A stretch of 64,000 nucleotides of DNA from an uncultured delta proteobacterium (GTDB lineage Bacteria > Myxococcota_A > Polyangia > Polyangiales > JAFGIB01): positions 1,376,001 through 1,440,000 of the forward strand of contig CAVZVA010000010.1 of the NCBI GenBank assembly GCA_963778655.1, written 5' to 3'. The stretch's first letter is position 1, and each line of letters begins with the position of its first letter. The notes under the pieces are model-generated. The model was not told the origin of the DNA, made no database searches, and worked only from the letters and a program-made list of their open reading frames with translations. A program made the position numbers and the translations under genes. This document shows positions 62,201 to 64,000 of this stretch, in pieces.

Positions 62201-62225
62201 GTATCGTTGTCACGACGTGGAGTAG
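56292..62225 (+). CDS. giant surface lipoprotein: vWA-like, PPC-like, RCC1 repeats, C-type lectin
   Basis: Lipobox LAAC; LLDQSSAM; RCC1 units (CWG...GQLGDG); CTL motifs (WSEAGTAC, ENAFL, WIG, C...W...C...FACE); PGxYY..V.G....G.Y.L units. Confidence 0.88.
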   Translation: MTSEHGKPWRSSTRAALCALLGAMGLAACAQQRGASSTVRGEATTAAPRCAVPAQGCACAGNQPPVPCYPEVDAGAGVCLEGTRYCHNGRFGACENVVGYTPSTGATQSALVDPLAEHPRCSDCEPNCYRVIDNFDPADGPLDGGIAVGVKYHSSGAGLTLAPDTNLLPQGAPDGGAPDGGLYLALPEGLTASDDHTSHAFPAQGDAYLLLDQSSAMAEPTQWLYDGYDTGAYLGAGASCANGDASLADAGVSGALRCMVADPELGLGMFRELPFEPYADDQALAPAERTAAALRQIAYANASDQSADLTQTKLAFGQLGGAQPSGDPDVAGSQIPALHAVASGQGMFMGISRASLPDAQCPAGRWGYPCFRDGARPVVVMVTGTPSHNGPDPTDYPYDYNPADLGMLQGTAPGEIAVPAASADFGSPFALSGDAAGTLSVLGGTTTPGAASVPVDVVGCQANPNASDAVVRFDVTAPGPAGSTTPITLSTEGSSLHTALALFDGPVLPPEQLAASDDSNEWLGAAYALGDMTARSLQVSGDTTKPSDPGADMGADYQGSLVGAACGANSIAPDAAFAFDVASASGPTPLELTLDMGNARAVLALYEQGAGTPPRWPARTTTLVASGNTNASAASVYTVPSGAGNEYVTVKGDTSTLGSDYDQSVLGAGQCNPDSASKDAAFKLHLDTTRTLHIDTEGSSFDTVLSLHRSPPMTKAGASLTWTAAQTHNDQNETATSAWAVGPVNGLSQTFEGDTSMMHADMPDGLGCGTGDGCADAVYAIDVSERTTLRLQVSGQGFEPGVLVTRADPAGVSGRYPPFALGQNHSCALSGGKVYCWGADDVGQLGNGGGAGDPDSAAAVAASALTSAVQVAAGWNNNCAVTAQGAVYCWGAGGAGQLGDGASADRYAPVQVAGVGGVGMLSGVVQVACGTAHCCSLAGNGAVACWGDDGHGQLGDGQSGGSQPTPVQVLSDDSFEQIAANADYSCAVRRGDQAAFCWGSGAYGKLGDGDTADASTPVAVSGTTGVKQLMLGHDHACAITQTGRVRCWGRGAGGRLGQGGDNSDHSTPVFVQSPSGSNGWLGAVASGWAAGRAHSCVALQTGLVQCWGEDALHQLGDGGSTTTGVPVSTLGLLDAVTVVSSYDHSCALRAGGTLWCWGDGAHGKLGDGGSASPLQPVAAQAGSPQVSFGTGEIDAAFTQACRSIAQPPLPGCTRHTNGGHSYFICSSHQRTWSEAGTACEAVGYQLADVDQSGENAFLAAQLSGDTWIGAKRASSTDWITLSSGYDFTNLQGQQIWHTEQVGHDQCTFGFLCYFVATRGFFVSPAASDLVASEPYSSSSTWGADDEPSPQSGRNCVMLGSDGRWATDNCALDAQPAVVAGGFAAPPFAGGAAHPFACEERDRFTDVTLDPGSYYVTVKGIPSLSGGACSGPYALQISDLGSPSGGYLGCDDNGVAETTASVIEQTLDPGDYYLVLKGKHASDAGPYQLTVRDVDAVSVNELACAGGQGAGDPASMTFTAMPGKTYYALVKGDAPLDKGPYTLAVRALSGTGQKVACDAGSGTDGTSALDLQLPSGTYYAVVTGSGSDDSGTYRLTLGGANPVSATFAPPSYADTIAALADKHVRVGSVLACTPGEASCDDAQAQAALLAQDTHGVVRAANGAEDVPQQVVSALRALESFDSVHAELRFSPDSDPGFVQPEVRAVDDPANACLPGGDAASFGQCAPGSSPSFSVSLTNPALDPVPPSSAADGAYRFTLHVEGTREGATEWSEDVPVVAVPTGAAPPMTYTQGSYHQDFDSRGCSIDSNTRPSWDGLRFDADVRPDTQVVFYACTADSLPDLANCGSGGLSSGYKRVATLSAGQGAGTPCSVATQDSDCPGGYCSPYTSVCNYIEGASCMQDSDCPGSQPGRCRAGPSAATLGTTCAVPDLIANPGSALGADNYRVVMRLRTDLQSFGDGSRAPAVFSLETQYRCHDVE

Positions 62226-62227
62226 GC

Positions 62228-63601
62228 ATGGCGCAGCGCGGGCTCAGCGGCGGGGTAGCGACGGTGCCGGCGCGTGCGCGGGCGCGAGCGGCGTGGGCTT
62301 TGTGCCTGTGCTGCGCGCTCGGCTGCGGGAACAAGCAGGGCGGCACCGCAGTCGCCGGCGCGGTGGGCACGGGGCCTTCGCACCAAAAGCCGCGCCAGGC
62401 CGACGAGGACGCCGGTTCGCCTGCGCCCGCGCTCGACGCGGGCATGTTCGACCACACCATCGCGTCGGGCGGCGGCCTGCTGTGTGGCTACGACGACGCC
62501 GACATGCTGATGCTCGCGGGCAGCTCGACCCTGCCCGAGCTCGCCAGCGCCACCGACGAACGAGGCTTCGCGCTGCTGTTCCACGATGCGGCCGGTGCGC
62601 TCTTCATCGAGGCGGTGCCGGTGGGTGGCGCGGCCCATGATCCGGTCGAGATCGTCGCGCCGAGCGACGCTGCGGCCGGGATCGCGCTGGCGGTCAGCGG
62701 GCAGCACTTCCTGCTCGGTTGGCGCGACCAGGACGCCACGGCCCAGACGCTGCACGCGCGCGAGCTGAGCAGCGCCGGCACTCCGACCCGCGTGCTCAGC
62801 AGCGCGCTGGTGCCGAGCACGCAGGGCGGTGAGCTGTGCGCGCTGCTCGGGCTCGACGACGGCTTCATCGCCGGCTGGCTCGAGCAGAGCGGCTCGAGCC
62901 AGCAGCTGCGACTGCAGCGCCTGGACGCGGATGGCGCGCCCGCCGGCGCGGCGGTGACCGTGCCCGGGGTGGGCGCGCTCGCGCCGCAGGACGTACACCT
63001 GGCGCGGCTCGACAGTGGGCGCACGCTGCTGGCGTGGCTCGAGCGCGGCGACGACGGGCAGGGACACGTGATGGGGCAGGTGCTGGCGGCGGACTTCACG
63101 CCCGAGGGCGACTCCAGCGAGCTGTCCAAGAATGCGGTTCACGACGCGCGCTTCGACTTGGCGGCGCGCGCGGGCAGCGAGGGCTTGATCTACCACGCGC
63201 TCGACGGCGACGTGCGCGACGCGGTCAAGTACCGCCGCCTCGACCCCGACGGGAAAGCGTCGCAGCCCGTGCTCAACCTGGTCAACGCTCCGGGCCGTGC
63301 GCGCGACGGCGCGATCACACCGTTCGGACAGGGCTACGCGGTAGCCTACCGCGTGCTGCCCTCGCTCGGCGTCGCGGAGCCCGCGATCCACGTCGCGTTC
63401 ATCAACCAATTCGGCGAGGTCGTGCACGACGCCGATCTCGGCGCCACCACGGAGCAGGGCGGCCGCACCTCGGTCGCGGCCACCGAGGATGGCCACGTGC
63501 TGGTGAGCTGGACCACGGTGTTGCCCTCGGGCGCGGCCAGCCGTGCGCTCAAGCTGTACTGCCCAGGCGCGCTGGTGTTGTGTGGCGGCCAGGTGCAGTG
63601 A
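62228..63601 (+). CDS. hypothetical beta-rich lipoprotein
   Basis: Lipobox ALGC; repeated strand motifs FLLGW, FIAGW, LLAW, YAVAY, LVSW suggest a propeller. Confidence 0.72.
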   Translation: MAQRGLSGGVATVPARARARAAWALCLCCALGCGNKQGGTAVAGAVGTGPSHQKPRQADEDAGSPAPALDAGMFDHTIASGGGLLCGYDDADMLMLAGSSTLPELASATDERGFALLFHDAAGALFIEAVPVGGAAHDPVEIVAPSDAAAGIALAVSGQHFLLGWRDQDATAQTLHARELSSAGTPTRVLSSALVPSTQGGELCALLGLDDGFIAGWLEQSGSSQQLRLQRLDADGAPAGAAVTVPGVGALAPQDVHLARLDSGRTLLAWLERGDDGQGHVMGQVLAADFTPEGDSSELSKNAVHDARFDLAARAGSEGLIYHALDGDVRDAVKYRRLDPDGKASQPVLNLVNAPGRARDGAITPFGQGYAVAYRVLPSLGVAEPAIHVAFINQFGEVVHDADLGATTEQGGRTSVAATEDGHVLVSWTTVLPSGAASRALKLYCPGALVLCGGQVQ

Positions 63602-63665
63602 GCGCAGCGCAGCGAGGCTGGCGTCCCGCTTGCGCGCGGGGCCGGTCTGGATGACGCTCCGGGCC

Positions 63666-64000
63666 ATGAGCATGCCCATGACCGCGAACGAGACCCCCAC
63701 GGTGCGTCCCGGCCCGGAAGACGAGGACTATCGCTTCGGCGCGCCGCCCAAGGACCTGCCCAAGCTCGAGCCCGCGCCTGCCGGCAGGGTCAAGCAGCGC
63801 GGGGAGGTGCGCGTCGAGACCATCGACCTGGCGGACAAGCACGCGCGCAAGCGCTTTCTCGACGTGGCCGACGCAGTGCAGGGCGGGGACCCCAACTTCA
63901 TTTCGCCGCTGCGTATGGAGCGCATGAAGTTCCTCGACACCGCGCACAATGCCGGGCTCTCCTCGCTCGAGATCAAGCCCATGATCGCGGTGCGGGGCGG
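63666..64000 (+). CDS. probable GNAT/YghO-like N-acetyltransferase (partial, runs off the window)
   Basis: Hand translation ...RKRFLDVADAVQGGDPNFISPLRMERMKFLD...HN resembles the DP.(W/F)..PL..E N-terminus of this family. Confidence 0.55.
   Translation, partial: MSMPMTANETPTVRPGPEDEDYRFGAPPKDLPKLEPAPAGRVKQRGEVRVETIDLADKHARKRFLDVADAVQGGDPNFISPLRMERMKFLDTAHNAGLSSLEIKPMIAVRG

Overview
High-GC bacterial chromosomal segment, most consistent with Myxococcota (Polyangia-like). This is inferred from a CdnL-type CarD, DUF4388 and PEGA/TPR proteins, and many Cys-rich lipoproteins with DAG linkers. Housekeeping genes are rplY (partial), prs, hisIE, cdnL, recA, cinA, glmS, lolA, bolA, fabD, fur and secA. 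Accessory genes include an M16 peptidase pair, glycosyltransferases, two MFS transporters, a two-subunit acyl-CoA dehydrogenase, and a cytochrome c-FTR1 iron permease with a Fur box. There are two clusters of secreted or surface proteins (30-34 kb and 52-63.6 kb). No tRNA, rRNA, CRISPR array or transposase was recognised. Best leads: (1) a 1977-aa lipoprotein with an apparent nested architecture, in which four split PPC-like domains and a split vWA-like domain wrap symmetrically around an RCC1 propeller plus C-type lectin; (2) an unannotated ~290-nt minus-strand RNA candidate with a consensus sigma54 promoter, an upstream palindrome, 16-nt-phased YUAGCYUU repeats and its own terminator; (3) a CTAG-bounded MITE-like element; (4) a covarying hairpin repeat family, one copy of which is amplified as 3 x 97 bp. 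All product calls come from motif recognition by eye; no database searches were run.
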